A stretch of 16,927 bases of DNA from a candidate division WOR-3 bacterium. GTDB lineage: Bacteria; Hydrothermota; Hydrothermia; LBFQ01. Under the pieces are notes generated by a model. That model did no database searches, had not been told where the DNA came from, and worked only from the letters and a program-made list of their open reading frames with translations. Made by a program: the position numbers and the translations under genes. Shown one piece after another: positions 7,425-15,335 of this stretch (positions are counted from its first letter, which is position 1; each line of letters starts with the position of its first letter). The stretch lies in assembly GCA_027050205.1 (NCBI GenBank), contig JALUCS010000030.1, positions 1 through 16,927 on the forward strand, read 5' to 3'.

Positions 7425-9620
7425 ATGTTAGATACCGTCCTCATCCTCGGCCCCTTCCTCGCTGGGGTCAGGGAGGGGTTCGTTGATTACCTCTACCCGA
7501 AGGGGATAGAGTACAGGTCCCCGTTGAGCCACAGGCCCCTGAAGTGGAGGGTGGCCATCGCCGATACGGACGGGTACTTCCGCATAGAAACGGACACGCT
7601 GGTACTTAAGCAGCTCAACGAGGAACACGGCCTCGCCGGTGTTAGCCTCCTCTTCTACGTTAAGGGAGTCCTAAAGGTGGAGACGTCCGGGGTGTACCTC
7701 GTCAGGGGCAGGCATATCGGCAGCCTAAAGGTGAAGGGGAAGAGGTACGCCTTGAACTACTACGGAGACTACGAAGGGCTGGTGCCGTTGAGCGGTAGGG
7801 ATACGGTGGAGTTCGCCGTCGGCGGCCTGGGAGGGGTCAGACCCTTCAAGTTGGAGGTTAGGAAGGCCCCCGATACCCCCTTCATATACTACGGCGACCT
7901 GACCCTCCCCGACCTCATCAGGGGGGAGGCCTACGACGGCTACGTCGGTATAACTCTGGCCAATCCGACCCTAAAACCGGTATCCGTCAAACTGAACGGC
8001 CGCCGCTACCACCTTGAACCCCTCTCCTTCCTCAAGGTACCCGTAAGGATATACGTAAAGGCCCCCCGGAGGGGGGACAGCGTAGATGTTAAACTCTTCT
8101 TCAACGGTAAGCCGCAGATCATACGGTTAGCGGTCAAGGGATGGGACGCCCCGTACGTCAAGAGGACCCACCTCTCCTCCGTGGACTCCTCCGTCCAGTA
8201 CTACGCCGTAAAGTTCCCCAAGGGGTACAGGCCGGGCAGGAGGTACGGCCTCGTCTTGAGCCTGCACGGGGCGGCGGTCAAGGCCGAGAACAGGTGCAGG
8301 AGACACAAGGCCCGTAGAAAGGAGATAGTGGTATGCCCCACCAACAGGAGGAGGTGGGGGTTTGACTGGGAGGACTGGGGTAGGGTGGATGCCCTTGAGG
8401 CTTTAGGGGACGCCCTAAAGAACTTCAACATAGACCGCAGGAGGATATTCCTGATGGGTACCTCAATGGGGGGACACGGTACGTGGCACCTATGCACCTC
8501 CTACCCCTCCATCTGGAAGGCCTGTATGCCGGCTGCCGCCTGGCTCTCCATAGACCTATACATCCCCACCCACCTGCAGAGGTACAGGCTTTTCGGTAAG
8601 ACGCCCTTCGTGGAGCTTCAGGAGAGGTTGTACCAGCAGGCCCGTACTACCCAACTCTTTATGAACCTCCTCAACCTCTCCGTCGTCATCCTACAGGGAG
8701 GAAAGGACGACAACGTCCCCCCCTTCCACGCCCGCCTCGCCTCCGACCTCCTCTCCCGCCTTGGGGCTACCTTCAAACTGGTATGGAGGGAGGAAAAGGG
8801 CCACTGGTGGGACGGCTCCCTTGACGACCCCGACCTCTGGAAGTGGGCCTACTCCCTCAAGGTCAAGAGGAAGGAGAGGTACTTCTACACCTACGACCTA
8901 TCCGTCAGCGACTCCGCCTTCGGCGTAAGGATCCTTGAGACCGAAAAGCCGTTCTACAGGGCGGGCTTCGTCCTCCGCAGAGAGAGGGGTAAGGTGATAC
9001 TCCGGACGGAGAACGTCAAGGCCCTGGTCCTACCGGGATACAGGGGGAAGGTGATAATAGACGGGGACACCCTCAAGTACGATGGGGAGGTGTTGGTGAG
9101 GTACAGGAGGTGGAGGAGACTCAAGAGGTACGTTTACAGGAGGCCGATGATATTTAGGGACGTCCTTATGAGACCCTTCGCCCTTGTATATTCAACGGCG
9201 GAGCCTTGGACGAGGGACCTCGCCGTCTTCTACGCCAACGCGTGGTGGTCCTACGCCAACGGCCGCGCCCCCGTACTCCCCGATACCGCCCTGAAGGAGG
9301 CCTACGTCCGTACGGGCAACCTCAACTTCGTAATAATCGGCTCCAAGGCCAAGCTCCCCCCCTTCCTCTCAAATCCCTACTCCCGCGTAAAGCCCAACCG
9401 GGTGGAGGTCGTACCCCTGACCTACGAGAGGGCAATACTCGTCTATAAGGTGGCGGATACCTCCCTCGTTTCACTACTCTACTCCCTGACCCCCTCCTCC
9501 GTAAGGTCGGTGAGGGCTATGCCCTCGTGGATAGAGCTGAACGAGAGTGCGAAGATGTACGGCCTCGGCGCCCTCAAGGGAGGCCTGAAGTACAGGGCGG
9601 GTATCTGGCCTAAGAGGTAA
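7425..9620 (+). CDS. Large alpha/beta-hydrolase (prolyl-oligopeptidase/esterase-like serine hydrolase)
   Basis: LSLHGA, nucleophile elbow GTSMGG, acid GGKDDNVP, base EKGHWW, plus PTNRR.WGFDWEDWGR.DALE. N- and C-terminal extra domains are uncharacterised. Confidence 0.8.
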   Translation: MLDTVLILGPFLAGVREGFVDYLYPKGIEYRSPLSHRPLKWRVAIADTDGYFRIETDTLVLKQLNEEHGLAGVSLLFYVKGVLKVETSGVYLVRGRHIGSLKVKGKRYALNYYGDYEGLVPLSGRDTVEFAVGGLGGVRPFKLEVRKAPDTPFIYYGDLTLPDLIRGEAYDGYVGITLANPTLKPVSVKLNGRRYHLEPLSFLKVPVRIYVKAPRRGDSVDVKLFFNGKPQIIRLAVKGWDAPYVKRTHLSSVDSSVQYYAVKFPKGYRPGRRYGLVLSLHGAAVKAENRCRRHKARRKEIVVCPTNRRRWGFDWEDWGRVDALEALGDALKNFNIDRRRIFLMGTSMGGHGTWHLCTSYPSIWKACMPAAAWLSIDLYIPTHLQRYRLFGKTPFVELQERLYQQARTTQLFMNLLNLSVVILQGGKDDNVPPFHARLASDLLSRLGATFKLVWREEKGHWWDGSLDDPDLWKWAYSLKVKRKERYFYTYDLSVSDSAFGVRILETEKPFYRAGFVLRRERGKVILRTENVKALVLPGYRGKVIIDGDTLKYDGEVLVRYRRWRRLKRYVYRRPMIFRDVLMRPFALVYSTAEPWTRDLAVFYANAWWSYANGRAPVLPDTALKEAYVRTGNLNFVIIGSKAKLPPFLSNPYSRVKPNRVEVVPLTYERAILVYKVADTSLVSLLYSLTPSSVRSVRAMPSWIELNESAKMYGLGALKGGLKYRAGIWPKR

Positions 9621-9621
9621 G

Positions 9622-9873
9622 CTACCCCCCTCTCTTCTCAAGGAGGTCTATCTGCTGCTTTAGGGAGATAAGGAGGATGGAGGACTGCTTCTTTACGTCC
9701 TCGTCGCTTATGCTCTGGGTCAGCTCCTCCTTGAGGTTGGCCACGAGGTCGGAGAACAGGTCCAGGAGTCCGGCGTAGTAATCCCGGCTGGATATCTCGT
9801 TCCGGCGTTTCCGGCCTACGAGGTCGTTGAGTCTATCTCTAAGATCCTTCGCCGACATTTTCCCCTCCGTCAT
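9622..9873 (-). CDS. Hypothetical 83-aa helical protein coupled to the Roadblock fusion gene
   Basis: ATGA overlap with the upstream stop (9870-9873), host-like codon usage, amphipathic helical sequence. Function unknown. Confidence 0.75.
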   Translation of the reverse strand: MTEGKMSAKDLRDRLNDLVGRKRRNEISSRDYYAGLLDLFSDLVANLKEELTQSISDEDVKKQSSILLISLKQQIDLLEKRGG

Positions 9874-10814
9874 CCTATGTCTATCTCCTTGAGTGCGGCC
9901 TCCTGAATGGCGTTGAGGGCGCGACGTACCTTCATGAATATCATACCCGTGTTGGCGTCCCTGTCGGCCAGTACCCCCAAGACGAGGTCTCCGAGGGGAT
10001 AGAGGAATACCTTACCCTTCTCCGCCACTATCAGGATCTCCGAAGTCTCACCCAAGTCGGCGTCCCTTACGGAACTCTCGGAGAGTGCCACTATGGCCGA
10101 AGATATGGCCGCTTGGATTTCGGGGTCGTAGGTGTAGGTGGAGTAGTGGGATATGGGAAGGCCGTCCATAGTCGCCACAACCACCCCGATTATGTCGGGG
10201 GATTCCTCAACCAACCGTTTGAGAAGTTCGTGCAGTTTCCCTTGCATGTTATTCTTTCTTTCGTCAAAGTGCATTACCTCTACCAGCTCCGGCATCTCTT
10301 GTAAGATCAGCAACACCAGGTACCTCACGAGTTCCTCCTCAAGGCATCGGGAGGGGACGAAGAGCCTCTTGATGGGTACCCACATCCCCGCCCCGAACTT
10401 CCTCACTACGTACCTTATGAAGTTAGACGGTAAGTCTGCTCTCCCTTCAGGTATTCCCTTAATTCTCAATAGGGTATCGGGTGGAGGCAATGCTGGACGG
10501 AAATGCTCCACCTCGTCTATGACGGTTGATACGTGTATCAGGAGGAGGTCCAAGGGAACCAACGGGTCGTCCCCGTTCACCTCCCCACCTAAGGCCTCCA
10601 CCTTTACCCCATCCCTTCGCAGCATACTGGCCATAAAAACCACCATATCCATAAGGTCCATCACATCGTCCCCGTTTAAGGAGAACCTACGGACGTACCC
10701 ACCCTTTACCTCCAACAGGAGTTCGCAGTCTCCATCCGAGACCTTGAAGGTACCTTCATCCGCATCCAAAAGAACGTCCAGGATTTCCGCTTGATGGAGC
10801 GATTTGCCATTCAT
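9870..10814 (-). CDS. DUF4388-like N-terminal domain fused to Roadblock/LC7 (MglB-like) domain
   Basis: C-terminal 125 aa from MQGK (ATG 10247): DIIGVVVATMDGLPI...AAISSAI...LGETSEILIVAEKGKVFL...LGVLA..DANTGMI is Roadblock/LC7. The N-terminal GTFKV..LLEVKGGYV...PLDLLLIHVSTVIDE...LPPPD resembles DUF4388 (less certain). Start placed at ATG 10814 because TATAAT lies at 10836-10831; ATG 10847 is the alternative. Confidence 0.75.
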   Translation of the reverse strand: MNGKSLHQAEILDVLLDADEGTFKVSDGDCELLLEVKGGYVRRFSLNGDDVMDLMDMVVFMASMLRRDGVKVEALGGEVNGDDPLVPLDLLLIHVSTVIDEVEHFRPALPPPDTLLRIKGIPEGRADLPSNFIRYVVRKFGAGMWVPIKRLFVPSRCLEEELVRYLVLLILQEMPELVEVMHFDERKNNMQGKLHELLKRLVEESPDIIGVVVATMDGLPISHYSTYTYDPEIQAAISSAIVALSESSVRDADLGETSEILIVAEKGKVFLYPLGDLVLGVLADRDANTGMIFMKVRRALNAIQEAALKEIDIG

Positions 10815-11070
10815 AAAAGACTTGCCAGATATTATACGGTGGTCCATCGCCGATGTGGTCGTAGTGCAGAAACTTTGCGAATAAGGGCTTTGATTGGCAA
10901 GTGGCGAGGAAGTGGAATAGACGGCTATAAAGGTGAAGAATGCGAAGGGAATTTGGGAAAGGTTACGCTGAAACTGAACGACACGGTAAATATGTCGTAA
11001 GTGAAATGAACGACGGAAAGGGGAATCTGACGGAAACGGGAACATCACCCTCAAAGGTTCCGTACCCTCG

Positions 11071-11076
11071 TATAAT
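11071..11076 (+). promoter_or_regulatory. Consensus -10 element (TATAAT) 9 nt upstream of TTG 11086
   Basis: Perfect TATAAT followed by TGCCGCCAG then TTG. No SD. Confidence 0.6.
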
Positions 11077-11085
11077 TGCCGCCAG

Positions 11086-12024
11086 TTGAGGGGTAGAAAG
11101 ATCTTCACCAACCTGCTCAAAGTCCTCCTGACGGTGGCCGCCCTGTACTGGGTCTTCCGTACGACGGACGTCGCAGCCGTCTACAGGCTAATATCCGAGA
11201 TGAACGTACTCTGGGGTCTCCTTGGCGTCCTCTTCGTCTTCCTTGGCCTCTCCCTATCGGGCTTCAGGTGGTGGATCTTCCTGCCGGACAGGGAGCGTAT
11301 CTCCCCCTTCAAAGCCATATTCATAACCCTGGGCGCTCTCTTCTACGGTATGTTCCTGCCGGCGGGGGCCGGTGTGGACGCCATAAGGGGGTACTACGCC
11401 GGCGTTGAGATTGAGTCCCACTCCACGAGTTTCGCCTCCGTCTTCATAGACCGTACGGTTGGCTTCCTCGCCCTTACCACCATCGCCGTCCTCGGCGTCC
11501 TCCTTGGCAGCAAACCCCTACAACCCCTCGCCCCCTTCATCTTCGCCGGCTTCGTCCTGACCTTCTTCGCCTCCATCGTCATCCTAAGCCGGAGGCTCCG
11601 CCACCCGGTGGCCCGGCTCTTAGACAGGCTCCACCTTTGGGGTTTCGGGGACAGGCTCGCCCGCTTCCTCCTGGCCTTTGACCACTACAGGGACAACCCC
11701 GGAAAGGTCCTCCTGGGCTTCGCCATCTCCTTCGTTATGCAGGGGCTTCTGGGGGTGGGGGCGTACTTCATAGGGGTGGGTCTCGGCCTTCGGCCACCGT
11801 TTCTGAAGACGGTCGTATATGTACCCCTCGTGAATCTCATCACTATGCTACCCGTGACCATCGGCGGTGTGGGTCTGCGGGAGGGGGGGTTTATGTACCT
11901 CCTATCCTACGCCGTAGGGAAGGCGGGGGCGGTCTCTATGTCCATCCTGTACTACTTCGCCAACATCCTCGCCGCCTCTCCGGGCATCCTCTTCATATGG
12001 CTGATGGACAGGAAGAGGGCTTAG
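11086..12024 (+). CDS. Lysylphosphatidylglycerol-synthase TM / UPF0104 flippase-like membrane protein
   Basis: Multiple TM helices; FRWWIFL, GMFLPAGAGVDAIR, SVFIDRTVG and LPVTIGGVGLREG are family motifs. Confidence 0.88.
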   Translation: MRGRKIFTNLLKVLLTVAALYWVFRTTDVAAVYRLISEMNVLWGLLGVLFVFLGLSLSGFRWWIFLPDRERISPFKAIFITLGALFYGMFLPAGAGVDAIRGYYAGVEIESHSTSFASVFIDRTVGFLALTTIAVLGVLLGSKPLQPLAPFIFAGFVLTFFASIVILSRRLRHPVARLLDRLHLWGFGDRLARFLLAFDHYRDNPGKVLLGFAISFVMQGLLGVGAYFIGVGLGLRPPFLKTVVYVPLVNLITMLPVTIGGVGLREGGFMYLLSYAVGKAGAVSMSILYYFANILAASPGILFIWLMDRKRA

Positions 12025-14036
12025 AGTTTGCGGAGCTTGGCCTTCTCCCTTACGAAGGTCTTCTTCCCTACGGAGAACATAACGGTTACGGTATCCAAAT
12101 CCACCCTCAACACCCTCCCTATGCCGTACTTGTCGTGGACGACGTAGTCCCCTTTCTTCAGGGGTTCGCTGCGGCCCTCCCGTCTCCTCTCACCTTCCGC
12201 GTTGTCCTCTCCGATTATCACCCTTCCCCTATCGTCAAGGACCCCCATCTCGTAGAGGAACTGGCTCGGCTCCAGGTCCTCCTTCCATCCCCTTACCTCA
12301 ACGGAGGACAGGTAGAGGTACCTCTTCGCCCTCGTTATAGCGACGTAGGCGAGTCTCCTCTCCTCCTCAAGGTTCCCTTCAACCATAGCCCGGTAGTGGG
12401 GAAAGGTCCCATCCTCAAGGCCGATCACGAAGACCACCTCCCTCTCCAGTCCCTTGGCGGCATGTACGGTCATTAGGGCGACCGCGTTCCCCTTCTCCTT
12501 GGTATCTACGGAGCTTAGGAGGGAGAGCTGGTTGACGAACTCCAAGGTGTCCTCGTACTCCGTGGCCATGTTCAGAAGCTGTGAGACGTTCTCCCGTCGG
12601 TCTATGTAGGTGTCGGGGAACTTCCTCCGGAGGTACTCAAGGTAATCCATCCCCTCAATCACCTTCACCAACGCCCTGTGAGGATGTTCCCCCTCTATCT
12701 CCTTCAGTAGGCTCACGAGACGCATGGCCGTCTTGAGCCTCTTCCCCCTTAGTCCCCTCTCCTTCAGGTCCTCCTCCTCCACCTCCGTAAACGGCATCTC
12801 GGCCAGGAGGTCCTTTAAGGTGGTGGCCGTCTTCGGACCCAGCCCCTCCACCGTCCCAATGACCCTGTCAAGGGCGACGAAGTCCTGGGGGTTGACGGAC
12901 AGGCGGAGGTAGGCGATGAGGTCCTTTATCTCCCTCCTCTGGTAGAAGGATACGTCTCCCACTACGGTGTATGGGATCCCCCGCTTTATCAGGGCGTCCT
13001 CCACGGGTTTGGACAGGTAGTTGGCCCGGTAGAGTACCATCACATCGCCGGGGGAGTGCTTCTTGATGGTGCGGGCCACCCATTCGGCCTCCTCGCGGTC
13101 GGAGAAGAAGTGGCGGTATACGGGCAGGGGGCCGTCCCCCGAATGGGAGCGGAGGACCTTACCCCTCCTCTGGGTGTTGTGGCTTATGAGGCGGTTGGCC
13201 AACTTGAGGATCTGGTTGGTGGACCTGTAGTTGGTCTCAAGCTTTATCAGGCGGGCGTTGGGGAAGTCCCTCTCAAAGTTCAGGAAGATGGTGAAGTCCG
13301 CCCCTCGGAAGGCGTAGATGGACTGGTCCTCGTCCCCCACGACGAAGACCCGGCGATGCTCCGGCTCCCCTGCTATGAGCTTTATCATACGGTGCTGGAG
13401 GGGGTTGGTATCCTGATACTCGTCCACGAGTACGTAGAAGAAGCGGTGGGAGTACTTCCGCCTGACCTCCTCGTCCTCAAGGAGCCTCACGGCCTCTATG
13501 AGTATATCGTCAAAATCAAGGGCGTTGGCCTCCCTCAACCTCCTCTGGTACTCCTCGTATGCGGAGGAAAATACGTCCTCCTTGATGTTGTTTGGCACCT
13601 TCCCCGTGTTCTTGTACCGGGTTATGGCCAGCCTTAAGGCCTTGGGGGATACGGAAAGGTTGGCCCGCTCAACAATCTCCTTTATCAAGGCCCTTGAATC
13701 CTCGTCGTCGTACACCACCCTGTCCCCCGTCTCCTCCCTGATAATCCGCAGGGCGATGGAGTGGAAGGTGCCGATGTTGAGCCTCTTAACGTTGACGAAA
13801 CGGGAGAGCCTCTCCCTCATCTCGTCCGTGGCCTTGTTGGTGAAGGTAACGGCAAGGATCCGGTTTTCGGGTATGCCTATCTCCCGGACGAGGTAGGCCA
13901 CCCTAAGGGTGAGGACGCGGGTCTTCCCGGAACCGGCCCCTGCTATCACCATAATCGGCCGGTCTATGGGGGCCAAAACGGCCTCTCTCTGGGCCAGATT
14001 CAGGGGGTCTATCTCCTTAGAGAGCAATACGCTCAA
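12021..14036 (-). CDS. uvrD: UvrD/PcrA ATP-dependent DNA helicase (SF1A)
   Basis: LNLAQREAV, AGAGSGKT, TFTNKA, TFHS, DEYQD, VGDEDQSIYAFRGA, NYRS, LMTVHAAKGLE, EERRLAYVAITRAK and a C-terminal Tudor-like domain (GDYVVHDKYGIG). Start placed at TTG 14036 behind a GGAGGT SD; the tracked ORF starts at 14066. Confidence 0.93.
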   Translation of the reverse strand: MSVLLSKEIDPLNLAQREAVLAPIDRPIMVIAGAGSGKTRVLTLRVAYLVREIGIPENRILAVTFTNKATDEMRERLSRFVNVKRLNIGTFHSIALRIIREETGDRVVYDDEDSRALIKEIVERANLSVSPKALRLAITRYKNTGKVPNNIKEDVFSSAYEEYQRRLREANALDFDDILIEAVRLLEDEEVRRKYSHRFFYVLVDEYQDTNPLQHRMIKLIAGEPEHRRVFVVGDEDQSIYAFRGADFTIFLNFERDFPNARLIKLETNYRSTNQILKLANRLISHNTQRRGKVLRSHSGDGPLPVYRHFFSDREEAEWVARTIKKHSPGDVMVLYRANYLSKPVEDALIKRGIPYTVVGDVSFYQRREIKDLIAYLRLSVNPQDFVALDRVIGTVEGLGPKTATTLKDLLAEMPFTEVEEEDLKERGLRGKRLKTAMRLVSLLKEIEGEHPHRALVKVIEGMDYLEYLRRKFPDTYIDRRENVSQLLNMATEYEDTLEFVNQLSLLSSVDTKEKGNAVALMTVHAAKGLEREVVFVIGLEDGTFPHYRAMVEGNLEEERRLAYVAITRAKRYLYLSSVEVRGWKEDLEPSQFLYEMGVLDDRGRVIIGEDNAEGERRREGRSEPLKKGDYVVHDKYGIGRVLRVDLDTVTVMFSVGKKTFVREKAKLRKL

Positions 14037-14541
14037 CTTCCGAGACCTCCGCTTCGTGGAAATCAACCTCCAAAGAGTCCAGGTCTATTACGGCGAAGGA
14101 CACCTTCCCGCTTATGTACCCGTAAAGCTCGCCTGGGTTTATTATCAGGGCGTCCCTGACCCTCTTTACGTTCCGCTCGTGGGTGTGGCCGTAGAGGACG
14201 AGGTCAAACTCCCCCGATGAGGCCAGTTCGTCCAACAGCCTCGGCTCGTGCATCAGGACTATGTTCCTATCTCCCAACGTGATGAAAGCCTGCTCCTCCG
14301 TGAATATGTGGAAACCCACCTTCTTGAAGTTGGCCTCAAGCCTGACGAGGTCTCCGTCGTTGTTGCCGGTTATGGCCCAGAGGTCTCCGTCGTACATATC
14401 CCGGATGCGTAGGGGTACGAAGGGGCTTATTATGTCTCCAAGGTGCAGCACCTTGTCTATACCCATCTCTCTCATCCTCCTAAATGCCCACTTCAGGCCC
14501 TTGAGGTTGTCGTGTGAGTCAGATACAACGCCTATCTTCAT
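14017..14541 (-). CDS. YfcE/MJ0936-family metallophosphoesterase
   Basis: SDSHDN, HLGD, GNND, LMH, YGHTH, INPG calcineurin-like motifs. Confidence 0.92.
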   Translation of the reverse strand: MKIGVVSDSHDNLKGLKWAFRRMREMGIDKVLHLGDIISPFVPLRIRDMYDGDLWAITGNNDGDLVRLEANFKKVGFHIFTEEQAFITLGDRNIVLMHEPRLLDELASSGEFDLVLYGHTHERNVKRVRDALIINPGELYGYISGKVSFAVIDLDSLEVDFHEAEVSEVERIAL

Positions 14542-14588
14542 AGAGCGGTGGATTATAGGGTGGAAAGGGACCGGCTTAAAATAGCCGC
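14542..14588. promoter_or_regulatory. Compact divergent promoter (47 bp) with two opposed -10 boxes
   Basis: Minus TATAAT (14557-14552) is 10 nt before ATG 14541. Plus TAAAAT (14577-14582) is 6 nt before TTG 14589. Confidence 0.6.
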
Positions 14589-15335
14589 TTGCCCGTAATA
14601 CTCGTGACCAACGATGACGGGATAGAAGCCCCCGGCATAAAGGTCCTGGCAGAAGTTGCCTCCGACTTCGGGGAGGTTTGGGTAGTGGCCCCTGTGGAGG
14701 AGATGAGCGCCGCCAGCCACAGCCTAACGATGCGGAGGAACATCCGCGTTAGGAAGGTGGGGAGCCGAGCCTACGCCGTTGAAGGTTCTCCCGTGGATTC
14801 CGTCCTCATAGCCCTCTTTGAGCTTCTACCCAAGTGGCCGGATCTCATCCTATCGGGCATAAACGCCGGCTACAACCTCGCCGAGGACGTCTTCTACTCT
14901 GGGACGGTATCCGCCGCCCGCGAGGGCGCCCTTTACGGTATCCCCGCCATAGCCCTTTCTATGGAGAGGAAGGAGGAGATGCACTGGGATACGGCGGAGA
15001 AGGTGGCGAGGGATATACTGTCGGAGTTCGCAGGCCGGAGGGACTTCCGTCTCCTCTCCGTCAACTTCCCTTCGGTTCCCTACGGTGTCCTTCGGGGTAG
15101 GGTATGGACGTATCTGGGGAACCGCACCTACGAAAGGCCAGTGAGGAGAAACGGGGACGGCACCTACACCATAGGCGGAAAGCCTATCTTCACGGTAAAG
15201 GAGGGGTCGGACGTCTGGGCGGTCCTGAACCTGTACGTATCCGTGTCTCCGTTGAGTTTGGATCTGACGGACTGGAAGTATCTAAAAAATGCTTCCAGTT
15301 CAAATCTTAGTCAAAATTCTGCAAAGCAGATTTAA
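14589..15335 (+). CDS. surE: 5'/3'-nucleotidase SurE
   Basis: ILVTNDDGI, SAASHSLT, GSPVDSV, SGINAGYN, YSGTVSAAREG, VSVSPLSLDLT. Confidence 0.96.
   Translation: MPVILVTNDDGIEAPGIKVLAEVASDFGEVWVVAPVEEMSAASHSLTMRRNIRVRKVGSRAYAVEGSPVDSVLIALFELLPKWPDLILSGINAGYNLAEDVFYSGTVSAAREGALYGIPAIALSMERKEEMHWDTAEKVARDILSEFAGRRDFRLLSVNFPSVPYGVLRGRVWTYLGNRTYERPVRRNGDGTYTIGGKPIFTVKEGSDVWAVLNLYVSVSPLSLDLTDWKYLKNASSSNLSQNSAKQI

Noticed and set aside
10811..10828. Sigma-54-like TGGCAAG on the minus strand before the fusion gene
   Set aside because: It lacks the -12 TTGC element and lies on top of the start codon.
10848..11120. 91-aa N-terminal extension of the Roadblock-fusion ORF
   Set aside because: Non-protein-like Ser/Phe/Pro composition from a pyrimidine-rich, stop-poor strand. 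It overlaps the divergent gene and its promoter, and a TATAAT lies downstream of it.
204..15100. Numerous antisense or alternative-frame ORFs (e.g. 204-932, 4211-4501, 5471-5902, 10153-10794, 13056-13637)
   Set aside because: They overlap well-supported genes, have no recognisable motifs, and are expected shadows of GC-rich coding DNA.
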